A stretch of 64,000 nt of DNA from Candidatus Enterousia sp. (lineage in GTDB: Bacteria > Pseudomonadota > Alphaproteobacteria > Rs-D84). A program made the translations under genes and the position numbers. Shown piece after piece: positions 38,838-49,329 of this stretch (positions are counted from its first letter, which is position 1; each line of letters opens with the position of its first letter). Location of the stretch: contig JAZRMF010000005.1 of NCBI GenBank assembly GCA_045647355.1, positions 13,288-77,287 on the forward strand, in the 5' to 3' direction. The notes beneath the pieces were generated by a model that was not told where the DNA came from, did no database searches, and worked only from the letters and a program-made list of their open reading frames with translations.

Positions 38838-40763
38838 ATGGATATCAGTAATATCATGCTTATCATTTCTGCAAGTATTGGCGGAATTCTTTTTGTTATG
38901 TTGATTGCACTTTACTTTATATCACGAAAATCACAACGTGTTATGCAATCTATGATTTCTATTATTACCGATCCGAATCGCGCCCGCATCCAAGACGCAT
39001 CGCGCATATTACAAACCATTATGGCAGACGAAATAAAGAAAATTGCCGCCTGTTTTCAAACAATGCACGAAACATTGCGCACACAAATTGCGGCGGCCGA
39101 TGAATTACGTGAAAAATTGGGTGTGCAAAACGAAGAACTTGTAAAACTTGCCAACGAAGCCGTTGCGCGCGTATCGCAAATGTCCGGGCGCATAGATAAT
39201 ACTGTTACGGGTCTGCGCGAAATTGTAAATTCTGATGCATGGGGCGATGTCACAAACGCCACAGATCGTTTTGCATCAACCGTTGAAAACACTCTGACAC
39301 AAATAACAAATACAACGACAGATTCTACAGATAAGATAAAACAAATTGATGATACTGTTGAGAAATGGACAGAAACAAGCGAAAAATTAAATACTGCACT
39401 GCAAAAGTCTATGGAAGACAATACTGAACACTTTGAAAAGATGACCGATGAATCCGGCAAATTCCAAGAACGTATATCTGAGCTCGCCACAAATACAACC
39501 GAAGGATTCACAAATATCAAAGACGTTGCGTCAAATTATGAAAATGTATTAAAAGACAACAATAAAATCATCAGCACATATCTTGCAAAACTCGACTCTT
39601 TTGATAAACAGAGCAAAAAACAATTGAACTCTCAGGCAACAACACTGACAAACACTGCGAACTTATTAAGTGCACAGGTATTAATCACAGAAACATCTGT
39701 CGAAAAGCAAATACGTAAATTAACTGAAGCGGTCGAAGCGGTTATAACCAGTGCAACCGAAACAGAAAGTGCTGTACGCGGTATATCCAGCGAACTGTCC
39801 GGACTTACCAATCATTTTGAATCAGAAATCAAAGACTTTGCAAACGATGTCGTTACGGAATTAAAAACTGTATCTGGCGTTGCCGATGCAACATTGAAAG
39901 ACACCAAGACATCCGCAAATGCGTTCTCGGAATCCGTCAAGGCGATGGCCACAGGGGTACGCGAAACATTGATTGAAATGAATACGGCCCACACACAATT
40001 GGCCGGTCAATCCGAAGGTTTAATCAAGATGACCACAGATACCACCGCACAGTTACGTCCGCTTTCTGAATTGATCGAAAAGTATTATGTTGCCCTGCCC
40101 GATTTGGTTAAATCGTCTGGCGATGCGGGTGCATCATTGGCCAAGGTTGTATCTGAATTGGATGCCAAGATTGCGAGCATCCGCGCAACAGTTGAAGAAT
40201 CATCCGTGTCGGTATCTGAATCTGCAAATAAACTGGATGATTTGGCCGGACAATCACGTCAGCAAATGATAGATTTGATGTCTGACTATGCCAAGGCCGT
40301 TGAAACAATGCAGACATTAAACAAACAAATGATGGTTGCACGCGCGGCGGCACCAATGGATGCAATTGGTGCTGTTCCAACCACCGCCCCACGTGCCAGC
40401 AGTCGTGATTTTATCGCACAATCAACGCGTGAGTTTGATAAAATGTATGAACAGACATTGGATTTAACACGCGCGATGGGCGGCGATATTCCCGACATAG
40501 TGTGGAAGAAATACCATGACGGCGATAAAACAATCTTTGCCAAATGGATGGCAAAAATGATTCGCGTCACAGATAAAAAGCAGATACGCGAATTGTTAAA
40601 GTCTGATTCCGTGTTTAATTCCCAGGCAACACAATTCGTCCGCGCATTTGACAAGATTATGACGGCCGCAAAACAAACCGATACACCGGATAAATTGGCC
40701 GCGGCATTGTTAAAAACAGATTTGGGAATAATCTATTCGGCATTGGCGCCACAAATACAATAA
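38838..40763 (+). CDS. Membrane-anchored coiled-coil protein with TipN/GPR-like C-terminal domain
   Basis: N-terminal TM, about 480 aa of apolipoprotein-like coiled coil, VWKKYHDGDKTIF...FVRAFD...LKTDLGIIYSAL. Confidence 0.6.
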   Translation: MDISNIMLIISASIGGILFVMLIALYFISRKSQRVMQSMISIITDPNRARIQDASRILQTIMADEIKKIAACFQTMHETLRTQIAAADELREKLGVQNEELVKLANEAVARVSQMSGRIDNTVTGLREIVNSDAWGDVTNATDRFASTVENTLTQITNTTTDSTDKIKQIDDTVEKWTETSEKLNTALQKSMEDNTEHFEKMTDESGKFQERISELATNTTEGFTNIKDVASNYENVLKDNNKIISTYLAKLDSFDKQSKKQLNSQATTLTNTANLLSAQVLITETSVEKQIRKLTEAVEAVITSATETESAVRGISSELSGLTNHFESEIKDFANDVVTELKTVSGVADATLKDTKTSANAFSESVKAMATGVRETLIEMNTAHTQLAGQSEGLIKMTTDTTAQLRPLSELIEKYYVALPDLVKSSGDAGASLAKVVSELDAKIASIRATVEESSVSVSESANKLDDLAGQSRQQMIDLMSDYAKAVETMQTLNKQMMVARAAAPMDAIGAVPTTAPRASSRDFIAQSTREFDKMYEQTLDLTRAMGGDIPDIVWKKYHDGDKTIFAKWMAKMIRVTDKKQIRELLKSDSVFNSQATQFVRAFDKIMTAAKQTDTPDKLAAALLKTDLGIIYSALAPQIQ

Positions 40764-40776
40764 GAGAATAGTAATT

Positions 40777-40804
40777 ATAAAACGGGGTTAAATCCCCGTT
40801 TTAT
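40777..40804. terminator. Bidirectional terminator
   Basis: ATAAAACGGGG-N6-CCCCGTTTTAT. Confidence 0.8.
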
Positions 40805-40808
40805 GTTT

Positions 40809-41489
40809 TTATCTTTTACGAGCAAGAAACTCTTTCTCTTGTCGTTCCCGATCAGTCAGCATATTGTTATATAATTGTAATAAAAATCTATCTAATGATG
40901 CACTTTGGATATCTTCACGTGGGCATAACATATAATCCACCGTCAATTTTGCACGCAGTATATCCAACGCACCACATGTATTCATATCGCGAACCTTTTT
41001 ATCGTTTTTCATATTGGCCCGTTTTTTGACCACATTACCATCATCTTCCGGCGGAATAAACCACGCCACCTTGATATTATAATCGGCCGTCTCTTTGTGT
41101 TCTCTGAACCATTTTGCCATATCTGCGGCGTAACGTGGTTGAATAACATCATATACCATATTACGCCCAATATTCTCCTTGATTTCACGTTCTGGAACCC
41201 CATAGTACCATTTTGGGTCCCCTTCTTTCCATACCGCTTCATTTACCCACAAGAACGTGGCCAATGGTTCCTCTGGGGAGATTTTACCGTCTTTGTCTTT
41301 GTGTTCAAAATACGATTCATCCCGAAAGAAATACGGTTTACCTTCGCTTTCATTATCTTCGGGGCGCATTGGGCGTGTGGTGGCCGAACGCAGGTTATAG
41401 AACAAACCATCTGGTTCAAGACGTGTTTGCTTAAACCGTGTTTTACCTGTGGCAGATTCACCAATCAGAAGCAATAAAGTTGGTAGCAT
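40809..41489 (-). CDS. Divergent guanylate kinase-like P-loop protein
   Basis: GESATGKT, SATTRPMRP, YFF, YYGV. Confidence 0.7.
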   Translation of the reverse strand: MLPTLLLLIGESATGKTRFKQTRLEPDGLFYNLRSATTRPMRPEDNESEGKPYFFRDESYFEHKDKDGKISPEEPLATFLWVNEAVWKEGDPKWYYGVPEREIKENIGRNMVYDVIQPRYAADMAKWFREHKETADYNIKVAWFIPPEDDGNVVKKRANMKNDKKVRDMNTCGALDILRAKLTVDYMLCPREDIQSASLDRFLLQLYNNMLTDRERQEKEFLARKR

Positions 41490-41521
41490 ATGTTTCTCCT
41501 TTCTTGTTATTATCCATTAAA

Positions 41522-41542
41522 AGAGGCGTTAAAAACGCCTCT
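41522..41542 (-). terminator. Terminator hairpin after rpoD
   Basis: AGAGGCGTT-AAA-AACGCCTCT. Confidence 0.7.
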
Positions 41543-41546
41543 CCTC

Positions 41547-43634
41547 TTAATCCTCTAAAAAGCTGCGCAACTTACGTGCCCGCGTTGGGTGTTTCAGTTT
41601 ATTCAGAGCCTTTTGTTCAATTTGACGGATACGTTCACGCGTAACGCCAATATAGTCACCAACCTCTTCCAATGTGCTGGTCTTGTTCGTACTCATTCCG
41701 AAACGTTGGCGCAAAACAGTTTCTTCTTTTGGATCCAATTCAGACAAGATTTGTGTCACAATCTTGCGCAGATTCTTTTGCGCCGCGGATGTGAACGGAT
41801 TCTTGGCCGTTTCGTCTGCGATGATTTCCATACGTGAACTATCATCTTCGGTACCAACGGGTGCCTCTAATGAAATTGGACGCAGATTAACCTTCATTGC
41901 CTTGTGTATCTTGTCCACTGGCAAGTATATAATCTTGGATAATTCTTCGGCAGTTGGCTGGCGACCATACTTGTGCATAAATTGACGTGATGCACGTTGA
42001 ATCTTGTGGATATTGTCTATCATATGCACAGGGATACGGATTGTACGCGCCTGGTCGGCAATACTACGTAAAATTGCCTGTTGAATCCAGTTCGTTGCAT
42101 ACGTAGAGAATTTGTTACCCAAACGATAGTCAAATTTATCCACAGCCTTCATCAAACCAATATTTCCATCCTGGACCAGGTCGGAAAAATCAAGACCCAG
42201 ACCACGATTACTGCTCTTCTTGGCGAATTTGATAACAAGACGCAAGTTGGCTTCTATCATTTCGCGCTTTGCACGGGCCGCTTCGGTTTGACCACGACGA
42301 ACCAATTCAACAACCTTTTTATATTCCGCAGTTGGTTGGCCGGTTTCGCTTGCAATCGCGGTAATGTCGTTTTGTATCTTTACGATGTCGGCACCATGTT
42401 CCTTGGCAAACTTAACCCATGCATTATTTTTATGCTTTAACAGTTTCTTGACCCAGTTGCGATTTAATTCGTTTCCGGTGTATTCCGCCAAGAAATCTTC
42501 ACGCTTAATCTTGTTCGCCATGGCCAGACGTAACAATTTCCCTTCTAACCCCATTAACAATTGGTCGCGTTCGGTCAATTTTTCCATAATTTCCGCAATG
42601 CGGTCATCGTTAAGGCGAATCTTGCTGACATTTTCAAACAAGTTTAGGCGCATTTTATTGTATTTTGCTTCCAACTGGTCATCAGGCTTGGACGATGTAA
42701 GCAGTTTTTCCATACGCATCGCCTGCAACTTTTGCATGCTGTTGAATGTGCGTTTAATCTTGGCAAACAAATCCAGAACCATCGGCATAAGCGCTTCTTC
42801 CATGACAGGAATTGGCACACCCGATGTACTGCGTGGTGTGTCGTCTTTCTTGATACCATCTTCGTCCAAATCTTCTTCATCTTCATCGACATCGTCATCT
42901 TCACCACTAACAGATTCTTCCAAATCGTCCAAATCATCATCATCCAGTTCATCAACCTGGTCAACACCTTTGGATTTAAGGGTTTCAGAAATAGCCGCCA
43001 ATGATTTCTGTTCGGCATCAGATGAATACATCGCTTCAAGATTCACAATATAACGCAAACGGATGTCTTCGTTTATCAACTGTTGATACCAATCCAACAT
43101 AGCCTGTATTGTCATTGGGCTTTCGCACAGGCCATAGACCATTAAACGGGATGCGGCCTCGATACGTTGGGCGATAGCAACTTCGCCGGCGGCGGTCAAT
43201 AACTGAACCATGCCGATTTGTTTCAAATATGATTGAACCGAATCTTGAACGCCCAAAACCAATGTGCCGGTTTGACTGCGTTCCAATTGCTTGGCGTAAT
43301 GTTCGTAATCTTCGTCATTGACATCGACCTGTTCGGCATCAGCATTCAGCAAATTACGATATTTTTCCGCGTTTTCATCAGAATCATCGTCATAATATTT
43401 TTCAATATCTTTGGCATAATTTTCTGTTTCCAAGATTTCCAAACCTAAATCTTGTTTAAAGAAATCCAGAACTTCTTGTTGTTCATCTTCGGGAACTTCA
43501 TCGGCATCAACCGCGGAGTTAAAATCCATTTGGGACAGATAGCCATTTTCCATAGAGGATGCGGCAAGTTTTTGCAGGTTTTCCGGCAGAGAATCTACCA
43601 ATAACCGTGTTGCTTCATCTATTTTCTTGGACAT
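41547..43634 (-). CDS. rpoD: RNA polymerase sigma factor RpoD
   Basis: [53 protein letters not shown]. Confidence 0.97.
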   Translation of the reverse strand: MSKKIDEATRLLVDSLPENLQKLAASSMENGYLSQMDFNSAVDADEVPEDEQQEVLDFFKQDLGLEILETENYAKDIEKYYDDDSDENAEKYRNLLNADAEQVDVNDEDYEHYAKQLERSQTGTLVLGVQDSVQSYLKQIGMVQLLTAAGEVAIAQRIEAASRLMVYGLCESPMTIQAMLDWYQQLINEDIRLRYIVNLEAMYSSDAEQKSLAAISETLKSKGVDQVDELDDDDLDDLEESVSGEDDDVDEDEEDLDEDGIKKDDTPRSTSGVPIPVMEEALMPMVLDLFAKIKRTFNSMQKLQAMRMEKLLTSSKPDDQLEAKYNKMRLNLFENVSKIRLNDDRIAEIMEKLTERDQLLMGLEGKLLRLAMANKIKREDFLAEYTGNELNRNWVKKLLKHKNNAWVKFAKEHGADIVKIQNDITAIASETGQPTAEYKKVVELVRRGQTEAARAKREMIEANLRLVIKFAKKSSNRGLGLDFSDLVQDGNIGLMKAVDKFDYRLGNKFSTYATNWIQQAILRSIADQARTIRIPVHMIDNIHKIQRASRQFMHKYGRQPTAEELSKIIYLPVDKIHKAMKVNLRPISLEAPVGTEDDSSRMEIIADETAKNPFTSAAQKNLRKIVTQILSELDPKEETVLRQRFGMSTNKTSTLEEVGDYIGVTRERIRQIEQKALNKLKHPTRARKLRSFLED

Positions 43635-43662
43635 TAAAAACCCTTAATTTGTTGGTTTTTTA

Positions 43663-44190
43663 TTATTTTTTGTTCTTGTTCGCCTTGGCCACCGCATCAT
43701 GCAGTGCAGATTCAGAAATCAATCCCAAAACAATCGGGTTTTGAACCTGGATATCTGTGTAATTTTTGTGTGTTTTGTTACGAACAGATGCCACTGTTGG
43801 ATTAGTACTGCGCATTAAACGTGCAATTTGCCCATCCGACAATTCAGGACAATTCTTTAAAATCCACAAAATGCCGCCCAAACGGTTTTGACGATGCAAT
43901 TTTGGTGTATAACCAATACCCTTTTTGTCTTGGGCATTTTGTGCCTTGACAATTGTGTCCAACAATGTCAGGCGCGCATTTGGGTCTTCTTCGCATTTTT
44001 TAATATCTTCACGCGTAAGTTGTCCGTTTAAAATCGGATCCAAACCCTGCATTTTTTGGGTTTCTGCATCGGCAATATTTTTAACCTCTAATTCATGCAA
44101 ACCGCAGAATTCGGCAATTTGTTCAAATGTTAACGCAGTATTTTCAATCAACCACAATGCAGTGGATTTTGGCATATATGGGTAGTTCAT
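43663..44190 (-). CDS. DUF1013 / TrcR-family transcription regulator
   Basis: MPKSTALWLIENTALTFEQIAEFCGLHELEV, DPILNGQLTREDI. Confidence 0.9.
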   Translation of the reverse strand: MNYPYMPKSTALWLIENTALTFEQIAEFCGLHELEVKNIADAETQKMQGLDPILNGQLTREDIKKCEEDPNARLTLLDTIVKAQNAQDKKGIGYTPKLHRQNRLGGILWILKNCPELSDGQIARLMRSTNPTVASVRNKTHKNYTDIQVQNPIVLGLISESALHDAVAKANKNKK

Positions 44191-44265
44191 AGAATATCCT
44201 CTTGTTCGCTGTGGCTAAATATAGCACAAAATGTGTCATATTCAAGCGGTTTTTTGTAAAATATT

Positions 44266-45684
44266 TTATTGTTTTTTTACAAGTTTAAATCCGCCAGGTA
44301 TATCCATCACCGTCCACCCAGACGCATCTATTTTACCGCGCAATTCATCGGCCAATGCAAAATCACGATTTTTCTTGGCATCTGCACGTTTTGCGGCCAA
44401 TTCTTGGATTTCGATTGGGGCGGTTTCTGATTCCGCCGCACGCAATTTGTTTGCGCGATCGCGCAGTTGCAACCCCAACAAATCGTCAATAAAATCCAAC
44501 AATGATAATTTTGTTGCCGCATTTACGGTTTGATTTTTCAATAAATCTTGGACAGCAACCAACGTTTCTGCGGTTTTCAGGTTATCAGAAATCGGCGTTA
44601 AAATCTTGTCATGCCATTCGTTATACAAATCTTGCTTGACCGGTTCCGTATCATCCGCAGCCATTAAATCGGCAATTTTACGAACCATGTTTTTATAGCC
44701 CGCCGCCGCGGCATCCAAAGATTCAAATGCAAAATCCATCGGTTGACGATAATGCCCTTGCAATAACAAATACCGGAACGCCATTGGATCATAGCCGCGC
44801 TCTATCAATCCGCGCACAGTATAGGATGTACCCGAGGATTTTGACATTTTACCGTCTTTCAGCATTAACCAAGCCCAATGAACCCAATAATGAACCCATG
44901 GAGCACCAACAATTGGTTCAGATTGTGCGATTTCATTGGTATGATGAACTTTGATATGTTCTTGACCACCGGTATGAATATCAAAATGCTCGCCCAGGTA
45001 TTTCATGCTCATGGCACTGCACTCTAGATGCCATCCTGGGAACCCAACGCCCCACGGGCTGTCCCATTCCATTTGACGTTTGACATCGGTTGGTGAAAAT
45101 TTCCACAATGCAAAATCCGTAATATTGCGCTTGTTATTATTTTCAATACGCGCACCACCACGCAATTCAGACAAATTCTGGCCACCCAATTTACCATAAT
45201 CAGGCAATTTTGACGTATCATAATAAATGCCATCGCCCGGAATTTCATACGTAAACCCAAGTTTTTCCAGTTTCTGAATCAATTCGATTTGTTCTTTGAT
45301 ATGATCGGTCGCGCGTGGTGTATGCGTTGGACGCATAATGTTTAATAAATCCATATCACCAATGCAACTGGCTATATACTTATTGGCCACATCCCAAACC
45401 GATAGGTTTTCACGTGCCGCGCCCTTTTCCATTTTATCTTCACCAGTGTCTTCGTCACTGGTAAGGTGCCCAACATCAGTGAAATTCATAACATGGTTTA
45501 CCGTATATCCATTTGCCAAAAACATGCGTTTTAACATGTCGTTGTTAAAAAATGTCCGCATATTTCCAATATGTTGGTCCCAATAAACGGTTGGGCCGCA
45601 ACCATAAAACCCAACATGGTTTGGTGTAATTGGCACAAAATCTTCTACTTTGCGTGTCATTGTATTGTAAAGTCTTATTTGCAT
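44266..45684 (-). CDS. cysS: Cysteine--tRNA ligase
   Basis: CGPTVY, HIGN, DFALWK, GFPGWHLECSAM, KMSKS. Confidence 0.97.
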   Translation of the reverse strand: MQIRLYNTMTRKVEDFVPITPNHVGFYGCGPTVYWDQHIGNMRTFFNNDMLKRMFLANGYTVNHVMNFTDVGHLTSDEDTGEDKMEKGAARENLSVWDVANKYIASCIGDMDLLNIMRPTHTPRATDHIKEQIELIQKLEKLGFTYEIPGDGIYYDTSKLPDYGKLGGQNLSELRGGARIENNNKRNITDFALWKFSPTDVKRQMEWDSPWGVGFPGWHLECSAMSMKYLGEHFDIHTGGQEHIKVHHTNEIAQSEPIVGAPWVHYWVHWAWLMLKDGKMSKSSGTSYTVRGLIERGYDPMAFRYLLLQGHYRQPMDFAFESLDAAAAGYKNMVRKIADLMAADDTEPVKQDLYNEWHDKILTPISDNLKTAETLVAVQDLLKNQTVNAATKLSLLDFIDDLLGLQLRDRANKLRAAESETAPIEIQELAAKRADAKKNRDFALADELRGKIDASGWTVMDIPGGFKLVKKQ

Positions 45685-45877
45685 AACAAAATCCTTATAT
45701 TTTAAGTGTTGGTATAATAACAGATATATTAAAAATAGGCAAACAATATGTTTGCAAAAAAGTAATTTAACAACAACAGTAAAAATTTATAAATGGAACT
45801 GTCATAACATAGATATTGTTTCAAATATCAATTCAAAAGTCAATATATTTTTGACAGCCAACCCGCATAATTAATAT

Positions 45878-45904
45878 AAAAGCCCCAAAATTTTCGGGGC
45901 TTTT
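45878..45904 (-). terminator. Terminator hairpin
   Basis: AAAAGCCCC-N9-GGGGCTTTT. Confidence 0.75.
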
Positions 45905-45930
45905 GCGTTAACCTCTCAACATAAAAGTTC

Positions 45931-46707
45931 TTACTTTCTTGCAGACAAAAGTTGGTCTAGTTCCTTTTTTCTCGCGGCTGTTTCATGTTGTCTCTGATTG
46001 TACCCTTTTATAAACACATCAACTAATTTACCAATCTCGGATTTTGGATTATTAATAACATTTCCTTCGGGTTCTTTATACGAAAACTGATTATCTTTTG
46101 TTTTTACACTCAGAGTGTATTCCTTGTTTTTATAATCTATTCTTAATGGCGCTGATTCATATGCGTTCCATGAACGTGTCCCCGTCAAGAAATACGAACG
46201 ACTGCCGTCATTGTAATCATTTATTTGCGGTCGGAACCCAGGATCTTTCATTATAAGCTTTACTATGGCGAGATGAAATTTATTTAATTTTTTTACTTCA
46301 TTGCCATCTTGCTTGGCAGCATCTTCCTTTTCTGCTTTTTTTATAGCAACTTGCTCTGCTTGCTGTTGTTCCTTTTTGCTTGCCGCCCTTGCGTGCTGAT
46401 TAGCATTATATCTTTTGATAATAGTCTCGGTTAATTTTGCAATTACAGAATCCTGATTATTATCAACCGTTTGTTTATCTTCTGTATAGGAAATCTGCCC
46501 TTCGTTAGTATCCAAATGCAAGGTATATTCTTTGCCATTATAATCTATTGTCAATGGCTGTATGCCATACATGCTGCTTGTTCCACTTAAAAAATACGAA
46601 CGGCTACCATCGCTATAGTCATTTACCGCGGCACCAAGGTAATGATCTTTTAAAAGTTTTTCTATTCTATCAAGATGTGATTGCTCTAATTTTTTTATCT
46701 CTTTCAT
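45931..46707 (-). CDS. Hypothetical protein with two tandem ~105-aa homologous domains
   Basis: NDYSDGSRSYFLSGT / NDYNDGSRSYFLTGT; PLTIDYNGKEYTL / PLRIDYKNKEYTL; AAGGAG RBS. Confidence 0.75.
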   Translation of the reverse strand: MKEIKKLEQSHLDRIEKLLKDHYLGAAVNDYSDGSRSYFLSGTSSMYGIQPLTIDYNGKEYTLHLDTNEGQISYTEDKQTVDNNQDSVIAKLTETIIKRYNANQHARAASKKEQQQAEQVAIKKAEKEDAAKQDGNEVKKLNKFHLAIVKLIMKDPGFRPQINDYNDGSRSYFLTGTRSWNAYESAPLRIDYKNKEYTLSVKTKDNQFSYKEPEGNVINNPKSEIGKLVDVFIKGYNQRQHETAARKKELDQLLSARK

Positions 46708-46779
46708 ATCGAGTCTCCTTTTCATCAAAAGTATAGCACAAAAATGCAATAATGCCAATACGTTTTTAACCGTTAAACT

Positions 46780-47694
46780 CTAATTTTCATTCGCGCGGGG
46801 GTGACAGTGTTCATAGATATTCATTATTTCCGACATGTTAACCTTGGTATAAAGTTGCGTAGTGGAAAGTGATGAATGCCCCAATAATTCTTGCAAACTG
46901 CGTAAATCCGCGCCATCGGCCAGCAACGCCGTTGCAAAGGTGTGCCGCAATGCGTGCGGTGTCACATAGTCGGGTAATTGCAGGTAATAGCGCAATTTTT
47001 CAATAACTTTTTCCGCCATACGTGGCGACATTGGCAATCCGCGAACACTGCGGAATAATTCATCATCCGGCGCATTACCACATGGGCGTGCGGCAACGTA
47101 TTTTTCAATGGCACGATACACCGCCGGCAACACGGGAACAATGCGTTCTTTGGACCCCTTGCCCACAATACGCAAAGTATTTGGATGCCCCGCGATATCT
47201 GCATTGGTAAGGGACAGCGCCTCGGATATACGCAGACCACACCCAAACAGCAATGTCACCAATGCCCAATCACGTGCGGCAATCCATGGTTCGTCACTGT
47301 CAATGGATGCAATTGCACCGCGCATATCGGCAACATCCGACGCGTCCAAGGCCTTGGATAATTTCTTTGGAATCTTGGGCGAAGAAACAACACCAATTGC
47401 ATCATTTTTAATACCACGATATTTTGCCAAATATTTATAAAACCCACGCAACGACGACAACGCGCGCGCCGTTGATTTAAACGACAGCCCACGCTTTTGC
47501 CGGTCGGCAAGCCAAGAACGAAAAGTTATCGTATCGGCATTTGCCAAGTCCCCTATTCCGGGCTCTGCACCGGCAAAATTACCATAGAACCGGCAAAAAT
47601 CTTCCAAATCGGTCCGATACGCATCCGCCGTATGCAGAGAATATTTACGCGTATTTGTTATGTATTCAATAAAGTCATCAATCGCTTCGTTCAT
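46780..47694 (-). CDS. xerC: Tyrosine recombinase XerC
   Basis: HTADAYRTDL, ARALSSLRGFY, GLRISEAL, GKGSKERIVP, TPHALRHTFAT, DLRSLQELLGHSSLSTTQLYT. Confidence 0.88.
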   Translation of the reverse strand: MNEAIDDFIEYITNTRKYSLHTADAYRTDLEDFCRFYGNFAGAEPGIGDLANADTITFRSWLADRQKRGLSFKSTARALSSLRGFYKYLAKYRGIKNDAIGVVSSPKIPKKLSKALDASDVADMRGAIASIDSDEPWIAARDWALVTLLFGCGLRISEALSLTNADIAGHPNTLRIVGKGSKERIVPVLPAVYRAIEKYVAARPCGNAPDDELFRSVRGLPMSPRMAEKVIEKLRYYLQLPDYVTPHALRHTFATALLADGADLRSLQELLGHSSLSTTQLYTKVNMSEIMNIYEHCHPRANEN

Positions 47695-47696
47695 TG

Positions 47697-48428
47697 TTAT
47701 CTGATTTCAAATATTGCCGACACGCCAACGGTAACCTCGGTATCTTTGCCTGTGATTGCGCCACCGGCATAGGATTCTTCTACGGCCATATCCATACTGG
47801 CCTTGGCAAGGCGGAAATTGGCCGTTGGACGAACATTATATGAACCGCCCGTAGAATATGACACAGCAAGCATTTTGCCCGCCTTTTTCCCGGCGCCCGC
47901 CGCCAATGCATTTGCACGATCGTGCGCATTTTGAACCGCCGTTTCTAAACACGATTCCATAATCGGCTTCAATGTTTCGGCAGATGTAAACATACGCAGG
48001 TTTGATACAAATACATCTGGTTGCCCCGCAAATTTAGTTAAGACTGTTTCAATTGTATCGATACTTTTTGCGGACACATCCAATGAAATGTTTGTTTCAA
48101 TGCCAACAAATTCAGATTTCTGGGTTGTACGATTCCATTCGTTCTTTTCATAAGAATTAAATTCACTGGTCTGAACCTTGACATCCAATGTTTTCAGGTA
48201 TTCGTTCATTTCCGCGACCTTTTGCGATGCCAATTTCATAGATTTTGCGGCGCTTTTATCAACAACCGTAACCCGAATAGTTATTGCCGTTCTATCCTTT
48301 GGCGCAGATGTTAAACATTCGCCCCCAACAGAAATAGTCCGCGGTTCTGCCAACCGATTTATTCCCCATACACCCAACACACAAACACATAATCCAATTG
48401 CCAAAAATCCTGCTGTTTTTTCCTTCAT
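47697..48428 (-). CDS. SIMPL (DUF541) domain protein
   Basis: RTISVGGE..APKD, AVQNAHDRANALA..AG, VTVGVSAIFEI. Confidence 0.85.
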   Translation of the reverse strand: MKEKTAGFLAIGLCVCVLGVWGINRLAEPRTISVGGECLTSAPKDRTAITIRVTVVDKSAAKSMKLASQKVAEMNEYLKTLDVKVQTSEFNSYEKNEWNRTTQKSEFVGIETNISLDVSAKSIDTIETVLTKFAGQPDVFVSNLRMFTSAETLKPIMESCLETAVQNAHDRANALAAGAGKKAGKMLAVSYSTGGSYNVRPTANFRLAKASMDMAVEESYAGGAITGKDTEVTVGVSAIFEIR

Positions 48429-48495
48429 CTTTTTCCCCTTTTGGTTACTTTGATTTATGGCAATATTATACTCTTTTTTAAAATTAAATAAAAGA

Positions 48496-48519
48496 AAAAT
48501 CCGCCCAAAGGCGGATTTT
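48496..48519 (-). terminator. Terminator after rpsD
   Basis: AAAATCCGCC-CAAA-GGCGGATTTT. Confidence 0.8.
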
Positions 48520-48541
48520 AAAAGGTACGTAATGTTTCCTA

Positions 48542-49174
48542 TTAACGTGAATAGAATTCAACGACCAATTCAGGGAACATTTGAACCGGATATGGAACAT
48601 CTGCAAATGCCGGAACACGTGTAAATGTTGCAACGAAATTTGCGCTGTCCAAATTGATGTAATCTGGAACGTTACGTTCACCAGATTCCAATGCCAAAAC
48701 GACCAATGGCATTTGTTTCGCCTTTTCACCAACGGTAATGACATCACCCGGTTTAACCTGGTAAGAAGCGATTTTTACGCGTTTGCCATTAACATAAATG
48801 TGACCGTGGCTAATTAATTGACGTGACGAGAACACCGTTGGTGCGAATTTTGCACGATATACAACGGCATCCAAACGACGCTCCAACAAACCGATTAAGT
48901 TATCTGGTGTGTCGCCCTTCATATTGTTTGCTTCCAAATAATATGCACGGAACTTCTTTTCACCGATATTACCATAGTAACCTTTCAAGGTCTGTTTTGC
49001 ACGCATCTGCTTTGCGTAATCGGTCATATTACCGCCACGCGAAGTTGGACCATGCTGACCCGGTTTGTATTTACGTTTGTTAAACGGCGATTTTGCCTGG
49101 CCCCACAGGTTTACACCCAAACGGCGGCCAATTTTTAATTTACGGGTATTACGTTTTGCCCCATCTCTTGCCAT
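48542..49174 (-). CDS. rpsD: 30S ribosomal protein S4
   Basis: [41 protein letters not shown]; start re-called at 49174. Confidence 0.97.
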   Translation of the reverse strand: MARDGAKRNTRKLKIGRRLGVNLWGQAKSPFNKRKYKPGQHGPTSRGGNMTDYAKQMRAKQTLKGYYGNIGEKKFRAYYLEANNMKGDTPDNLIGLLERRLDAVVYRAKFAPTVFSSRQLISHGHIYVNGKRVKIASYQVKPGDVITVGEKAKQMPLVVLALESGERNVPDYINLDSANFVATFTRVPAFADVPYPVQMFPELVVEFYSR

Positions 49175-49329
49175 AATTTTATCCTTTTGGTTTTTTATGG
49201 TGCCGGACATTTGACAGAAACCTTATCACTATCGGGACCAAAACGCACCGATGCTTAATCAGTTCTGAATTACCCAGCGGCATGCATGCTATAACATTTA
49301 TTACGAAAAATCAAGCATTTTTTCGGTGA

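Noticed and set aside
30656-43053. Long antisense ORFs (e.g. 30656-31363, 34610-35266, 42364-43053)
   Set aside because: Shadow frames of well-supported genes; no RBS or recognisable motifs.
45858-45888. dif site near xerC (CCCGCATAA-TTAATA...)
   Set aside because: Only a XerC-arm-like half is present; the conserved XerD arm TTATG(T/G)..A is missing.
46780-47694. Prophage or ICE integrase
   Set aside because: Size and motifs fit chromosomal XerC; it is coupled to a SIMPL gene and has no phage or conjugation neighbours.
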